Positions 38,648-48,678 of a stretch of DNA of 64,000 nt are shown in pieces. Positions within the stretch are counted from its first letter, which is position 1, and each line of letters starts with the position of its first letter. The stretch is taken from positions 10,290 through 74,289 of IMG/VR virus record IMGVR_UViG_2834293421_000001, one strand, 5' to 3'. The DNA comes from a virus. Lineage: Duplodnaviria > Caudoviricetes. A program made the position numbers and the translations under genes. A model generated the notes under the pieces. That model was not told the origin of the DNA and did no database searches. It saw only the letters and a list, made by a program, of their open reading frames with translations.

Positions 38648-39103
38648 TTATTGTTTCGCTTTTCCTATAATGTTTCTTAAAGTTGATGAAGAGTTATAAC
38701 CTAAAGAAAAAGAAGCAATAGAATCTATTAATCTATCTGAATCATTCTTCTCTATATAAACTCTTATATTTATTATAGAAATTTTGTAATAGTTTAATAT
38801 GGACTGCATAGCTAGAATAATATCATTATCTTCTTTAGAAAGCTTTGAAGTATGAATAGTTAAATTATTGATTAATGTTTCTATAAATCTAATGTCTTTA
38901 TTGACTTTATCTGGATCAATGCTTTTTGTAGCAACAGATTTTACTAATAAATACATATAATTATCTATTATTTCTAACTCTTTAATATATTCGTTGCTAA
39001 TGGGTGGAGGAGTTAGAGAATTAAATGCATAGGTTGTATTTATATTTATTGCAAATAGAATTAATACAATTGAAAATACAATGCTTAATTTTTTTATAAA
39101 CAT
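38648..39103 (-). CDS. Secreted hypothetical protein (moron)
   Basis: Signal peptide; ATG 39103 after AAAGGAGGTGA. Confidence 0.78.
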   Translation of the reverse strand: MFIKKLSIVFSIVLILFAININTTYAFNSLTPPPISNEYIKELEIIDNYMYLLVKSVATKSIDPDKVNKDIRFIETLINNLTIHTSKLSKEDNDIILAMQSILNYYKISIINIRVYIEKNDSDRLIDSIASFSLGYNSSSTLRNIIGKAKQ

Positions 39104-39125
39104 ATATTCACCTCCTTTATACAAC

Positions 39126-39156
39126 TATTATGTGTAGAGGAAAAATTATAAATTCA
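39126..39156 (-). promoter_or_regulatory. sigmaG-like promoter
   Basis: Minus strand TGAATT-18-CATAATA. Confidence 0.5.
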
Positions 39157-39283
39157 GGATATGTAATAAAAATTTATCTAAAATAAAAAATGGATTACTA
39201 AGAATATGTCATATTTTAAATAATAAGAAAGAAATTAGATTATTATTTATAGGTTTAAATATAAAACAAAAAATTAAATAGGG

Positions 39284-39829
39284 GTGATTAGAGTGAAATA
39301 TTCTAATTCTTGTGATTTTGATTTTACAGATAACTATCTTGCTTTATTAGCTTGCATATTAAATCCAAGTTTAAGTATAGGAAAAGCTATTAAACATATA
39401 GTACTTGATGATCCTAAAGATGATAAAGGAGGATACTATAGAAAGATTAAACCTAAACAGAATTATAATTATAAAGTTAAGGTAGTAGATGAAGTAGAAG
39501 GGAAAGAAAAGGAGTTTGATGGATTAGAGGATTGTTGTAAATTTCTAGATATGAGAAGAGCAGATATAACAACTTATATAAAGCACAATAGATTGTTTAG
39601 AAAGAGATATAGGATAAAAGCTTTAGAAACTATAAGAGAAGTTGAAAGAAAGCCGTTGATAGTTATAGACAAATTAAAAAATGAGACTATAGAGTTTGAT
39701 AGTGTTAATAAAGCATGTGATTATTTAAATGCTAGCAGAGGTAATTTAAATCAAGCAATAGAAGCTAAAAGACTTTTTAGAAAGAGATATAAACTTGAGT
39801 ATAAAATAAGGGGTGATAAAAATGAGTAA
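39284..39829 (+). CDS. Protein with two NUMOD1-like DNA-binding repeats
   Basis: Two EFD...C.FL/YL...RLFRKRY repeats. Confidence 0.65.
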   Translation: MIRVKYSNSCDFDFTDNYLALLACILNPSLSIGKAIKHIVLDDPKDDKGGYYRKIKPKQNYNYKVKVVDEVEGKEKEFDGLEDCCKFLDMRRADITTYIKHNRLFRKRYRIKALETIREVERKPLIVIDKLKNETIEFDSVNKACDYLNASRGNLNQAIEAKRLFRKRYKLEYKIRGDKNE

Positions 39830-40043
39830 ATCAACAGAGTTAAAGTATGTTGAAATAGAACGTAGTATACCCAGTGTAAAAGAAACATTCTTTAAAGCAA
39901 GTGACTACAAAACATATCCAAATTATATGGCACTGGCACAATGTATATGTGGTAAAGAGATTAATGGAAAGCTAAGGTTTCCAGAAAGTGCAGATAAAAT
40001 AATGAGTGCTTGGGGGATCAGAGGTGGAAATAAAGAGGAATAA
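39813..40043 (+). CDS. Phage hypothetical protein
   Basis: ORF; start likely 39822. Confidence 0.65.
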   Translation: MIKMSKSTELKYVEIERSIPSVKETFFKASDYKTYPNYMALAQCICGKEINGKLRFPESADKIMSAWGIRGGNKEE

Positions 40044-40566
40044 ATTTATGGATTAAAAGAAAGATAAGTTATAGGTGGTGGAAAATCTGAAAAATAGAGA
40101 CAAACTATTTATATTAATTGCTATAGTTATAGCTATTATAATTTTAATTTGTTTTAAACTATTTGCTAGTATAGGTATAAGTTGAGAACATTTTTTATTT
40201 AGAGTTAAAAAGGACTAGCTTTAACTAGTCCTTTTGGGAATTGGATATTGAGAGTTAAATTTTGAAAATAGTCTAAATAAACTGCATTTAAACTGTTAAA
40301 GGGTAAAATCTATTGATATCTTCAAATGTCAATTTTATTATTTGTCTATTTATTAAAAAATATTCAAAAACTCAGTAAATTTAAATATAAAATTTAAATT
40401 TATTATGAAAGTTTATATAAAATTTATTTTAATTAAGTAAAAATTAAGAATAAGGGTATATAATAATTAATCATATAGATATACAAGGGTTACCTTATAT
40501 GATAAATATATTTATATAGGTAGTTTTATTGATAGAAATTGTTAGAAATATGTTAGGAGTGATAGT

Positions 40567-40824
40567 ATGAATGGCAAAAATAATAAAGGCATTGTAAGAA
40601 ATATCGATTCACTAGGAAGAATCGTAATACCAAAGGAATTTAGAAGAATGTTAAATATAAATGAAAATGATCCAGTTGAAATATTATGTGAAAATGGAAC
40701 TATTAAGCTTAAAAAACATAATAATTCGTGTATTTTATGTGGATCAAAAGAAAATTTAAAAAACATCAAAAATATTTTTATATGTGAAAAATGTTTAGAG
40801 GAAATGAAAGATATTATTGATTAA
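40567..40824 (+). CDS. AbrB/SpoVT-family regulator
   Basis: Close paralogue of 1153..1410. Confidence 0.9.
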   Translation: MNGKNNKGIVRNIDSLGRIVIPKEFRRMLNINENDPVEILCENGTIKLKKHNNSCILCGSKENLKNIKNIFICEKCLEEMKDIID

Positions 40825-40848
40825 AAGAAAAACGGGAAGTGACTGCCT

Positions 40849-41352
40849 ATGGATAAAAAAGAATTATTTAAAAAAGTAGAATTAAGATTGCATAATTATA
40901 AGTTTCTAGAAGCTCAAATAAATAATATAGAATTAGATATAAAGAAAGAGAAAATGAGATATAGAGGTTGTGGAGCTATAAATTATGGTGAAAGAACAAG
41001 TGAAACTTATAATATTTCTAGAATTGTTGAAAAAGAGGTTATAGATAAAGAGAAGAAAATAGATAAATTGATGCAAAGTAAATTAGAAAAAGAAATAGAG
41101 AAAGCGAAAATAGAAAACTCATTAAGTTGCTTAGATGTTAATGAAACTAATTTCTTTGAATTATTTTATAATAGCAAAAATAAAAATAATATGAAATATA
41201 TAAGCCTTAAGCTACACATGGATCGCAGTCATTGCTACACAGTAAGAGAGCGATTAGTTTATAAAATTATGGGTATGTTGTATCCAAACTATGAAGAACT
41301 ACCATTATTTAATGAAAATAATAGCAAAGCCAACACTTTGGCTACATTTTAG
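40849..41352 (+). CDS. ArpU/RinA-like late transcription activator
   Basis: Close paralogue of 1434..1937, same length. Confidence 0.75.
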   Translation: MDKKELFKKVELRLHNYKFLEAQINNIELDIKKEKMRYRGCGAINYGERTSETYNISRIVEKEVIDKEKKIDKLMQSKLEKEIEKAKIENSLSCLDVNETNFFELFYNSKNKNNMKYISLKLHMDRSHCYTVRERLVYKIMGMLYPNYEELPLFNENNSKANTLATF

Positions 41353-41401
41353 CGACAAAGTAAAGATTTTTTATACATTCAGAGGTGGTAATATAGTAGT
41401 A

Positions 41402-41690
41402 TAGGAAATTTAAGATAACTCAATTGCTTATTTCCTAATAACTCCCTCTTTATATAATGGCTAGGGTATAAATTTACCCTAGCAACGTGAGGATATAGTT
41501 TAATGGTAAAATAGCTATTTAGAAGATAAGAGGTTCGATTCCTTTTAACCCTCACCAATATAACTTTACGGCTCTTAAGAGCACTCTGTAGCGGTATGGA
41601 GTATAAACTAGTTACATTTATTAGATTTATTAGCAACAACTTATTATGTTCAAAAAAGTCAGGACTTTCTCACCTGGCTTTTTTATTTTA
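41402..41690 (+). ncRNA. Structured leader/ncRNA with tRNA-like domain (41489-41557)
   Basis: TAGTTTAATGGTAAAA D-arm, AGAGG-TTCGATT-CCTTT T-arm, ACCA end; same hairpins and terminator as copy 1. Confidence 0.7.
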
Positions 41691-41800
41691 TATTTACTTT
41701 ATTTAAATGAGTGTGGATATACTATAAATTATGTATAATTTATAGTATAAACTATTGAACAATAGTAATATATTATCAATATTTAAGTGGGGGAGATATT

Positions 41801-42001
41801 ATGAGGAAGTGTTTAAGATGCAATGAAACTATGGTTGAAGACTACATGCTAAAAACTGAAAACTTTACAGCTCAAGCATCAGTAGTATTAGGAAAAGGAA
41901 GTGGGGTTTTTTCATCAAATAAAGGAAAGATAAAGGCTGCAGTATGCCCAAATTGTGGAGAAATTTCAATATTTTTTGATAAGCTAGATAAAATTAAATA
42001 G
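41801..42001 (+). CDS. Small Zn-ribbon protein
   Basis: CLRC...CPNCG; GGGGGAG RBS; terminator at ~42032. Confidence 0.75.
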   Translation: MRKCLRCNETMVEDYMLKTENFTAQASVVLGKGSGVFSSNKGKIKAAVCPNCGEISIFFDKLDKIK

Positions 42002-42097
42002 TGTATTCATATTAAAAGTATATGAATTTAAAGTGGACAATTAGGGTCCATTTTTTTTTATAGGTTTGTATTCAAATCAGATTTGAGGTGGTGAGAT

Positions 42098-42646
42098 ATG
42101 AACTATGTAGAACCTATTAGAAATTTAGATACATTAGAAAATATGTGCTCCTATTTAAAAAAGACAAATGAAAGAGACTACCTTCTATTTATGATGGGTA
42201 TATATACAGGTCCTAGAGTATCAGATATATTAAAGTTTAGAATATATGATGTAAAAGATAAAAGGCAAATAGTCTTAAGAGAAAAGAAAACAGGGAAACA
42301 AAAATTCATAGAGATAAACCCAATACTGAAAAGAGCAATTAAAGATTATGTAGAGGACAAGGATCCTGATGATTTTTTAATTAAATCACGTAAAAACTAC
42401 AATAGACCTATATCTAGAGAAAGAGCATATGTGATTTTAAAAGAGTTGGGAGAATTATTTGATGTTCCTTGTTTAGGAACCCATAGTATGAGAAAAACAT
42501 GGGGATACCATTACTATAAACAAACTAAAGATATAGCATTACTTCAGAAGATATTTAACCATTCATCTCCAGCTGTAACCTTACATTATATAGGTATAGA
42601 CCAAGACAGAATGAATAAAGCTTATACTAGCTTTAGATATTTTTAA
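42098..42646 (+). CDS. Stand-alone tyrosine recombinase (catalytic domain only)
   Basis: TGPRVSD, EKKT, HSMRK, NHSS, catalytic Y in LHYIG. Confidence 0.9.
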   Translation: MNYVEPIRNLDTLENMCSYLKKTNERDYLLFMMGIYTGPRVSDILKFRIYDVKDKRQIVLREKKTGKQKFIEINPILKRAIKDYVEDKDPDDFLIKSRKNYNRPISRERAYVILKELGELFDVPCLGTHSMRKTWGYHYYKQTKDIALLQKIFNHSSPAVTLHYIGIDQDRMNKAYTSFRYF

Positions 42647-42855
42647 TTTAATTTTATCTAGAATATAACATAAAAAGAGAATGTTATATTGGTTTATTTT
42701 ATTTAGAAAAAATAACGATTGAAATCATTGGAAATACTAAGTCTACAGTGGGTATATAAGTTGATAAAATGTATATAACACACTATTAGATATGTTATGT
42801 TCATAAGGTAGGGTTTATAAATAACTTGAAAGTATGATAAATTATAGAAAAATTT

Positions 42856-42885
42856 GTATATTACTAAAGCTTAAGGGAAATTATA
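42856..42885 (+). promoter_or_regulatory. sigmaF/sigmaG-like promoter of Mn catalase
   Basis: GTATA-15-GGAAATTATA. Confidence 0.45.
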
Positions 42886-42916
42886 ATTACTAATTATAAT
42901 TTTGGAGGTATAGCTG

Positions 42917-43597
42917 ATGTTTAAACACGATAAAAAATTGTTTAGAGAAGTAAAAGTAGAAAGACCAAACCCTCAATATGCAGTTTTAATGCAAGAACAA
43001 TTAGGAGGGGCAAATGGAGAGCTAAAAGCAGCAATGCAATATTTATCTCAAAGTTTTAGAATAAAAGATAAAGAGATAAAAGATTTATTTCTAGATATAG
43101 CAGCGGAAGAACTTAGCCATATGGAAATGGTTGCTCAAACAATAAATTTATTAAATGGACATGATGTTGACTACCAAGCAGTTGATTCTGGAGAAATAGA
43201 AACTCATGTACTAAGTGGATTATCACCATTTTTAATAAACTCTTCAGGAGCACCTTGGACTGCTGATTATGTTACTGTAACAGGAGACTTAGTTGCAGAT
43301 CTATTATCAAATATAGCATCAGAGCAAAGAGCAAAAGTTGTATATGAATACTTATATAGACAAATTGAAGATAAATACGTAAGAGAAACAATAGACTTCT
43401 TACTTAACAGAGAAGAAGCTCATAATGCTTTATTTAGAGAGGCATTAAATAAGATTAAAGATACAGGTTCAAATAGAGATTTTGGAGTTACTGAAGACTC
43501 TAAATTATACTTTGACTTATCTAGTCCGGGACCTAACAATCATAATACAAAGATGGATATTAACCCACCTTCTTTCAATGAACCAATAAAAAAATAG
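42917..43597 (+). CDS. Manganese catalase family protein
   Basis: GGANGELKAAMQY, EELSHME, REEAH. Confidence 0.93.
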   Translation: MFKHDKKLFREVKVERPNPQYAVLMQEQLGGANGELKAAMQYLSQSFRIKDKEIKDLFLDIAAEELSHMEMVAQTINLLNGHDVDYQAVDSGEIETHVLSGLSPFLINSSGAPWTADYVTVTGDLVADLLSNIASEQRAKVVYEYLYRQIEDKYVRETIDFLLNREEAHNALFREALNKIKDTGSNRDFGVTEDSKLYFDLSSPGPNNHNTKMDINPPSFNEPIKK

Positions 43598-43715
43598 TAA
43601 ATAAAAAAGAACTCTTTAAAAGGGTTCTTTTTTATTTTGTAGGAGTAAATGATTTAGATGATGATATGAAACAAAGTATTGTTTAAATTGAAAATTGATA
43701 AATGAGGAATTAGAT

Positions 43716-44129
43716 ATGCTAAAGAAGTTTTGTAGATGTGGGAAAATTATTCCCCAAGAAATTTCTATGTGCTCTGAATGTGAAGCTAAATTTAATAATA
43801 GACAACAGAAAGTATATAAGGATTATAGAAAGCGAAGAGTAGACTTTAAAGAACAGAAGTTTTATTGCAATAAAGAATGGAAGTTTACTAGAGACTCTGT
43901 AAGACAAAGAGATGATGGTATATGTAAGTTATGTGATGATAACTTAAGTGATGTAGTACATCATATAGAGACTTTAAAAGATTGCTGGAGCAAGAGATTA
44001 AATATGAATAACCTTATATGTTTATGAGATAGGTGTCATAAGAAGGTACATAGAATGTACGATAAAGGAGAAGTATCTAAAATTAAGATGCAAAATGAAC
44101 TAAAAGAATTGATAAAAGAAAATTATTAA
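43716..44129 (+). pseudogene. Terminase-associated HNH endonuclease with in-frame TGA
   Basis: CKLC...HH...NLICL*DRCHKKVH; TGA 44025-27 replaces conserved Cys; frame continues to 44129. Confidence 0.8.
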
Positions 44130-44210
44130 AGGATAGGGGGGGAGTCAAAAAGTTTTTGGCTTTTGACGTAAGTCCACGGTTGCAGTTTTTTTGCGCGGAA
44201 ACTCCCTAAA
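44130..44210. other. Probable cos region
   Basis: GC-rich island (G-run, CCACGGTTGC, GCGCGGAAACTCCC) between HNH and TerS. Confidence 0.55.
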
Positions 44211-44315
44211 TAAAATTTTTTTGGACAGAGCAGAGATAGCTATGATTTAGAATTTATCTAAATTATAGCTATTTTAAATTTTGTAAAAATTAAAAAAAAA
44301 TAAGGAGGTGATAAT

Positions 44316-44771
44316 ATGGCTAGACCTAGGCAACCTGTTTCTCTACTTCAAGCTAAAGGCAAAAAACATTTAACAAAAGCTGAAATAGAAGAAAGAAAAT
44401 CTCAAGAACTAAAAGTTAATTCAGATAATGTTAAAGCTCCTGTTTTTCTTAATGAAAGTTTAGTTGATGAATTTAATAAGTTTGTACAAGAAATGAATAG
44501 ATTTGAAATTTTAGATAACACAGACTCGGATGCAGTAGGAAGATATACTTACTACAAAAATGAATTTGCTAGAATTGCTAAAAAGCTTTCTAAAACAGGT
44601 CCAGATAATAAAAAATATGATGATTATCTAAAAAAGCTAAGTAATATAAGTAAAGAAATAAATATTTTAGAAGTAAGATTTGGTATTACACCTGGGAATA
44701 GATGCAAATTAGTTATCCCTACTCAAAAAGAAGATAAACCTCCAAATAAATTTTCTAAATTTATGAAATAA
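44316..44771 (+). CDS. Terminase small subunit, P27 family
   Basis: MARPRQP, GITPxxR motif. Confidence 0.88.
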   Translation: MARPRQPVSLLQAKGKKHLTKAEIEERKSQELKVNSDNVKAPVFLNESLVDEFNKFVQEMNRFEILDNTDSDAVGRYTYYKNEFARIAKKLSKTGPDNKKYDDYLKKLSNISKEINILEVRFGITPGNRCKLVIPTQKEDKPPNKFSKFMK

Positions 44772-44779
44772 GGGGGTGG

Positions 44780-46510
44780 TTGTATGTGAATATAGACAGG
44801 GTTACTAGATATGCTTTAGATGTAGTTGAAGGAAGAGAAATAGCTGGTAAAAATGTTATTTTAGCCTGTAAAAGACATTTAGAGGATTTAGAAAAGTCAA
44901 AATTAGCACCTTATATTTATGAATTTGATGCAGTTTTAGCTTTAGAATCAATAGAGTTCTTTGAAAGTCTAAGGTTTACAGATGGAGAAATAGCTGGGCA
45001 AGAGGTTGAGTTATTTGGATTCCAAGATTTTATAATAGGATCATTGTTTGGTTGGGTTTCAAAAGAAACTGGATATAGAAGATTTAGAAAAAGTTATGTA
45101 CAACTTGCTAGAAAGAATGCGAAATCTCTTTTAAATAGTGGTTTAGCTATTAAATTATCAGCTTTTGATAACTATCCAAACGCTCAAGTTTATTGTACTG
45201 CTACAAAAATGAAACAAGCTAGGATAGTTTGGGAGCAAGCCAGTAAATTTATAAATGCAGAATCAGATTTAAAAGAATTATTTAAGATAAAAGACCATGA
45301 TGCAATTATAGAATCTCTATATAGTGGCGGTAAAATAATGGCACTAGGAAGAGATACAGGAACTATAGATGGTTTTGATCCTCATGGCGGTATCATCGAT
45401 GAATATCACAGTCATAGAACCAATCAAATGGTTAAACTCCTTGAAGATGGTTCTGTTAACCAAGCTGAATCTTTAATTAGTATTATAACTACGGCAGGGT
45501 TTAATTTAAATGGACCGTGTTATAAAGAATGGGAATACTGTAAAAGTGTTTTAGAAGGAATAGTAAGCAATGATGAATACTTTATATACATAGCACAAAT
45601 GGATGAAGATGATGATATTTGGAATCCAGAAAACTGGTGTAAGGCCAATCCATTAGTTGCAAAACTACCCAAAGGATTAGAAAATTTAAAGAGATTTGCA
45701 AAAGAAGCAATGCAAAAAGGTGGAGAAGATCTAAGAAATTTCCTAACTAAATCTTTAAATATATGGTATGAGTTTTCAGACGACCAATACATAGGACCAG
45801 AAAAATGGGCAAAGTGTAAATCTAAAAAGACATTAGAAGATTTTAGAGGACAAAAATGTTATGTAGGTTTAGATTTAAGTTCTGGAGGAGACTTAACTTC
45901 ATTAGCTTTAATATTTGTATATTATGTTGAAGGAGTTAAAAAGTATTTTATACATTCACATTCATTTATTCCTAAAAACAGAGTTGAGGAACATATAAAA
46001 AGTGATAATGTACCTTATGATGTTTGGATAAAAGCTAAACTTCTGACAGTTACAGAAACTCTTGGAGGAATAAAAACAGACTATAAATATATAATTGCAT
46101 ATTTAAAGTCTTTAATTGAAGAATATGACTTGAAAATTGAACAGTTAGGCTACGATCCACATAATGCAGATGCATTTTTAAGTGATTTAGAAGAATTAGG
46201 GTGCGATTGTATAGAAATATATCAATCACCTAAATGGCTAAATGATGCTACGGAAGATTTTAAATTAGAAGTAGAGGCTGGAAATGTTGAATACAATGAG
46301 GAAAATGAACTTTTAGCATGGTCAGTTGTAAATGCAAAAACAGTTTCTAATTCAAGTGGAGAAATTAAGATAGATAAAGATAGAAGAAATAAAAGAATAG
46401 ATCCAGTAGACTCTGTTATAGATGCATATAAACTAGCATTTAAAGAAGAAAGATTGTCTGATATTAATGAAACAGTTGATAAATACTTTGACATAATGGG
46501 ATGGAATTAG
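44780..46510 (+). CDS. Terminase large subunit (Terminase_1)
   Basis: RKNAKS, IIDEYH, GLDLS, RIDP. Confidence 0.95.
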   Translation: MYVNIDRVTRYALDVVEGREIAGKNVILACKRHLEDLEKSKLAPYIYEFDAVLALESIEFFESLRFTDGEIAGQEVELFGFQDFIIGSLFGWVSKETGYRRFRKSYVQLARKNAKSLLNSGLAIKLSAFDNYPNAQVYCTATKMKQARIVWEQASKFINAESDLKELFKIKDHDAIIESLYSGGKIMALGRDTGTIDGFDPHGGIIDEYHSHRTNQMVKLLEDGSVNQAESLISIITTAGFNLNGPCYKEWEYCKSVLEGIVSNDEYFIYIAQMDEDDDIWNPENWCKANPLVAKLPKGLENLKRFAKEAMQKGGEDLRNFLTKSLNIWYEFSDDQYIGPEKWAKCKSKKTLEDFRGQKCYVGLDLSSGGDLTSLALIFVYYVEGVKKYFIHSHSFIPKNRVEEHIKSDNVPYDVWIKAKLLTVTETLGGIKTDYKYIIAYLKSLIEEYDLKIEQLGYDPHNADAFLSDLEELGCDCIEIYQSPKWLNDATEDFKLEVEAGNVEYNEENELLAWSVVNAKTVSNSSGEIKIDKDRRNKRIDPVDSVIDAYKLAFKEERLSDINETVDKYFDIMGWN

Positions 46511-46519
46511 AAGGGAGGT

Positions 46520-47788
46520 GTGAAAGTGAACCTTATAAAAAATTTAAAGAATCTTATATTACCTAAACCACAAACTGTTGATATGAGAAGTGAAAAGTTA
46601 TTAGAGTGGCTAGGTATAACAACTAGAAATAAAAATATCTTAAGTGAAGTTACTTATTTTACTTGCTTAAAAATGTTATCTGAGACATTAGGTAAAATGC
46701 CTATTAAAATGTATCAAGAAACGGAAAAAGGTGTAATAAGAGCAGCACCAAATAAAGCATATAATTTATTAAAGGTTAGACCTAACCCTTATATGACACC
46801 CTCTATATTTTGGGCAACTGTAGAAAATAATAGAAATCACTTTGGAAATGCTTATGTTTATATAAGAAAAGAATTTAAGCGTGAAAAATATGGAGCTACA
46901 TATGAAATAAAAGATTTATGGATTATGCCAAGTAATGATGTACAAGTTATTATGGACAATAAAGGAATCTTTGGAATTAAGGATGCACTTTGGTATATCT
47001 ATACTGATAGATACACAGGCGAACAATTTGTATTTAAAAATGAAGAAGTACTACACTTTAAAACCTCATTTACATTCGATGGTATATCAGGAGAGCCAGT
47101 TAGTAAAATTTTAAAATATACCCTTGAGGGTGGAGTTGAAAGTCAAAATTTCATTAATAACCTTTATAAAACAGGACTTACTGCAAAAGCTACATTGGAA
47201 TATACAGGAGATTTAGATAAGTCAAAAGAAGATAAATTAATAGAAGGTATTTCAAGGTTTGCTAATGGATCTCAAAATGCAGGTAAAATAATTCCTATTC
47301 CTCTTGGGATGAAAATAACACCTTTAAATATAAAGCTAACAGATAGTCAATTTTATGAATTAAAGAAATTTTCATCACTTCAAATAGCAGGAGCATTTGG
47401 AATAAAGCCAAACCAAATAAATAACTATGAAAAATCTAGTTATTCAAGTGGAGAAATGCAACAACTTAGCTTTTATGTAGATACAGAGCAATTTATATTA
47501 AAACAATATGAAGAGGAAATCTGCTATAAATTATTAAGTGATGAAGAGAAAAATGAAAATAAGTATTATAAATTCAATGAAAAAGCTATTTTACGAACAG
47601 ATGCAAAAACACAGGCTGAGTGTTTAACATCCTTTGTAAATAATGCTATATATACTCCAAATGATGCTAGAGCAATTTTAGATATGCCAGCAAAAGAAGG
47701 TGGAGATGTATTAGTTTGTAATGGTAACTATATACCTATAACAAAAGTAGGAAAGCAATATGGGGAAGGAGGCGAAAACAGTGAGTAA
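46520..47788 (+). CDS. Portal protein, HK97 family
   Basis: RPNPYMT, GNAY, TPNDAR. Confidence 0.93.
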   Translation: MKVNLIKNLKNLILPKPQTVDMRSEKLLEWLGITTRNKNILSEVTYFTCLKMLSETLGKMPIKMYQETEKGVIRAAPNKAYNLLKVRPNPYMTPSIFWATVENNRNHFGNAYVYIRKEFKREKYGATYEIKDLWIMPSNDVQVIMDNKGIFGIKDALWYIYTDRYTGEQFVFKNEEVLHFKTSFTFDGISGEPVSKILKYTLEGGVESQNFINNLYKTGLTAKATLEYTGDLDKSKEDKLIEGISRFANGSQNAGKIIPIPLGMKITPLNIKLTDSQFYELKKFSSLQIAGAFGIKPNQINNYEKSSYSSGEMQQLSFYVDTEQFILKQYEEEICYKLLSDEEKNENKYYKFNEKAILRTDAKTQAECLTSFVNNAIYTPNDARAILDMPAKEGGDVLVCNGNYIPITKVGKQYGEGGENSE

Positions 47789-48626
47789 AATATTAAATTT
47801 ACAAAATAAAGATACCAAAACTGGAGAATTAAAAAATGTTGGTAAGATAGAAATAAAAAATCAAACAGAAGAAAAAGCAGAACTTTATTTCTATGGTGAT
47901 ATAGTTTCAGATAGTTGGAGTAGTTGGTGGGCAGATGAAGATAAATGCCCTCAAGATGTAAGTGACTTCCTGAAGGAACTAGAGAATTCACAAAATGTAG
48001 ATATATATATCAACTCTGGCGGTGGATCTGTATTTGGTGGAATAGCAATTTATAGTATGTTAAAAAGACATAAAGGTAAAAAGACTGTTCATGTTGATGG
48101 ATTAGCAGCAAGTATAGCTAGTGTAATAGCACTTGCAGGAGATAAAGTTATAATACCTAAGTATGCTAACTTTATGATTCATAACCCTTTAACATTTTTA
48201 TTTGGAGGATATAACGCTAAAGATTTAAATGAGATTGTGGGAGCTTTAGAAAGTTGTAAGGAAAGTATATTAAATATATATATGGACCATGCAAAAGAAG
48301 GAGTAACAAGAGAAGAAATTTCAGAACTCATGAATCAAGAAACATGGTTTACTGGTGAAAAAGCTGCAGAATACTTTAATATTGATGTAGAAGAAGAATT
48401 CGAAGCAGTTGCATGTTCATCTAACTTTTTTGATAAATATAAAAATACTCCTAAAAACCTATTTGAAGAAAATAAAAAAAGTGATGAAAATCAAAAATTG
48501 GATATAGAAGAAATTGCAAATAAAGTACTTTTACATCTACAAAATCAAAAAGAAGATGATAAAAAAGTAGAAAATACAATTGAAAAAGAAAAAGAAGATA
48601 TATTGAAGGATTTAGATTTATACTAA
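47781..48626 (+). CDS. ClpP-type prohead protease
   Basis: INSGGG, GLAASIAS, MIHNP, ETWF; likely GTG start 47781. Confidence 0.92.
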   Translation: MSKILNLQNKDTKTGELKNVGKIEIKNQTEEKAELYFYGDIVSDSWSSWWADEDKCPQDVSDFLKELENSQNVDIYINSGGGSVFGGIAIYSMLKRHKGKKTVHVDGLAASIASVIALAGDKVIIPKYANFMIHNPLTFLFGGYNAKDLNEIVGALESCKESILNIYMDHAKEGVTREEISELMNQETWFTGEKAAEYFNIDVEEEFEAVACSSNFFDKYKNTPKNLFEENKKSDENQKLDIEEIANKVLLHLQNQKEDDKKVENTIEKEKEDILKDLDLY

Positions 48627-48678
48627 GTCTTTTTTTATTGCCAAAATCCAAAAATACATAGAAAAGTGAGGAATAAAA

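Noticed and set aside
41379-41639. 86-aa minus-strand ORF over the leader RNA
   Set aside because: No RBS and no equivalent ORF in the homologous copy
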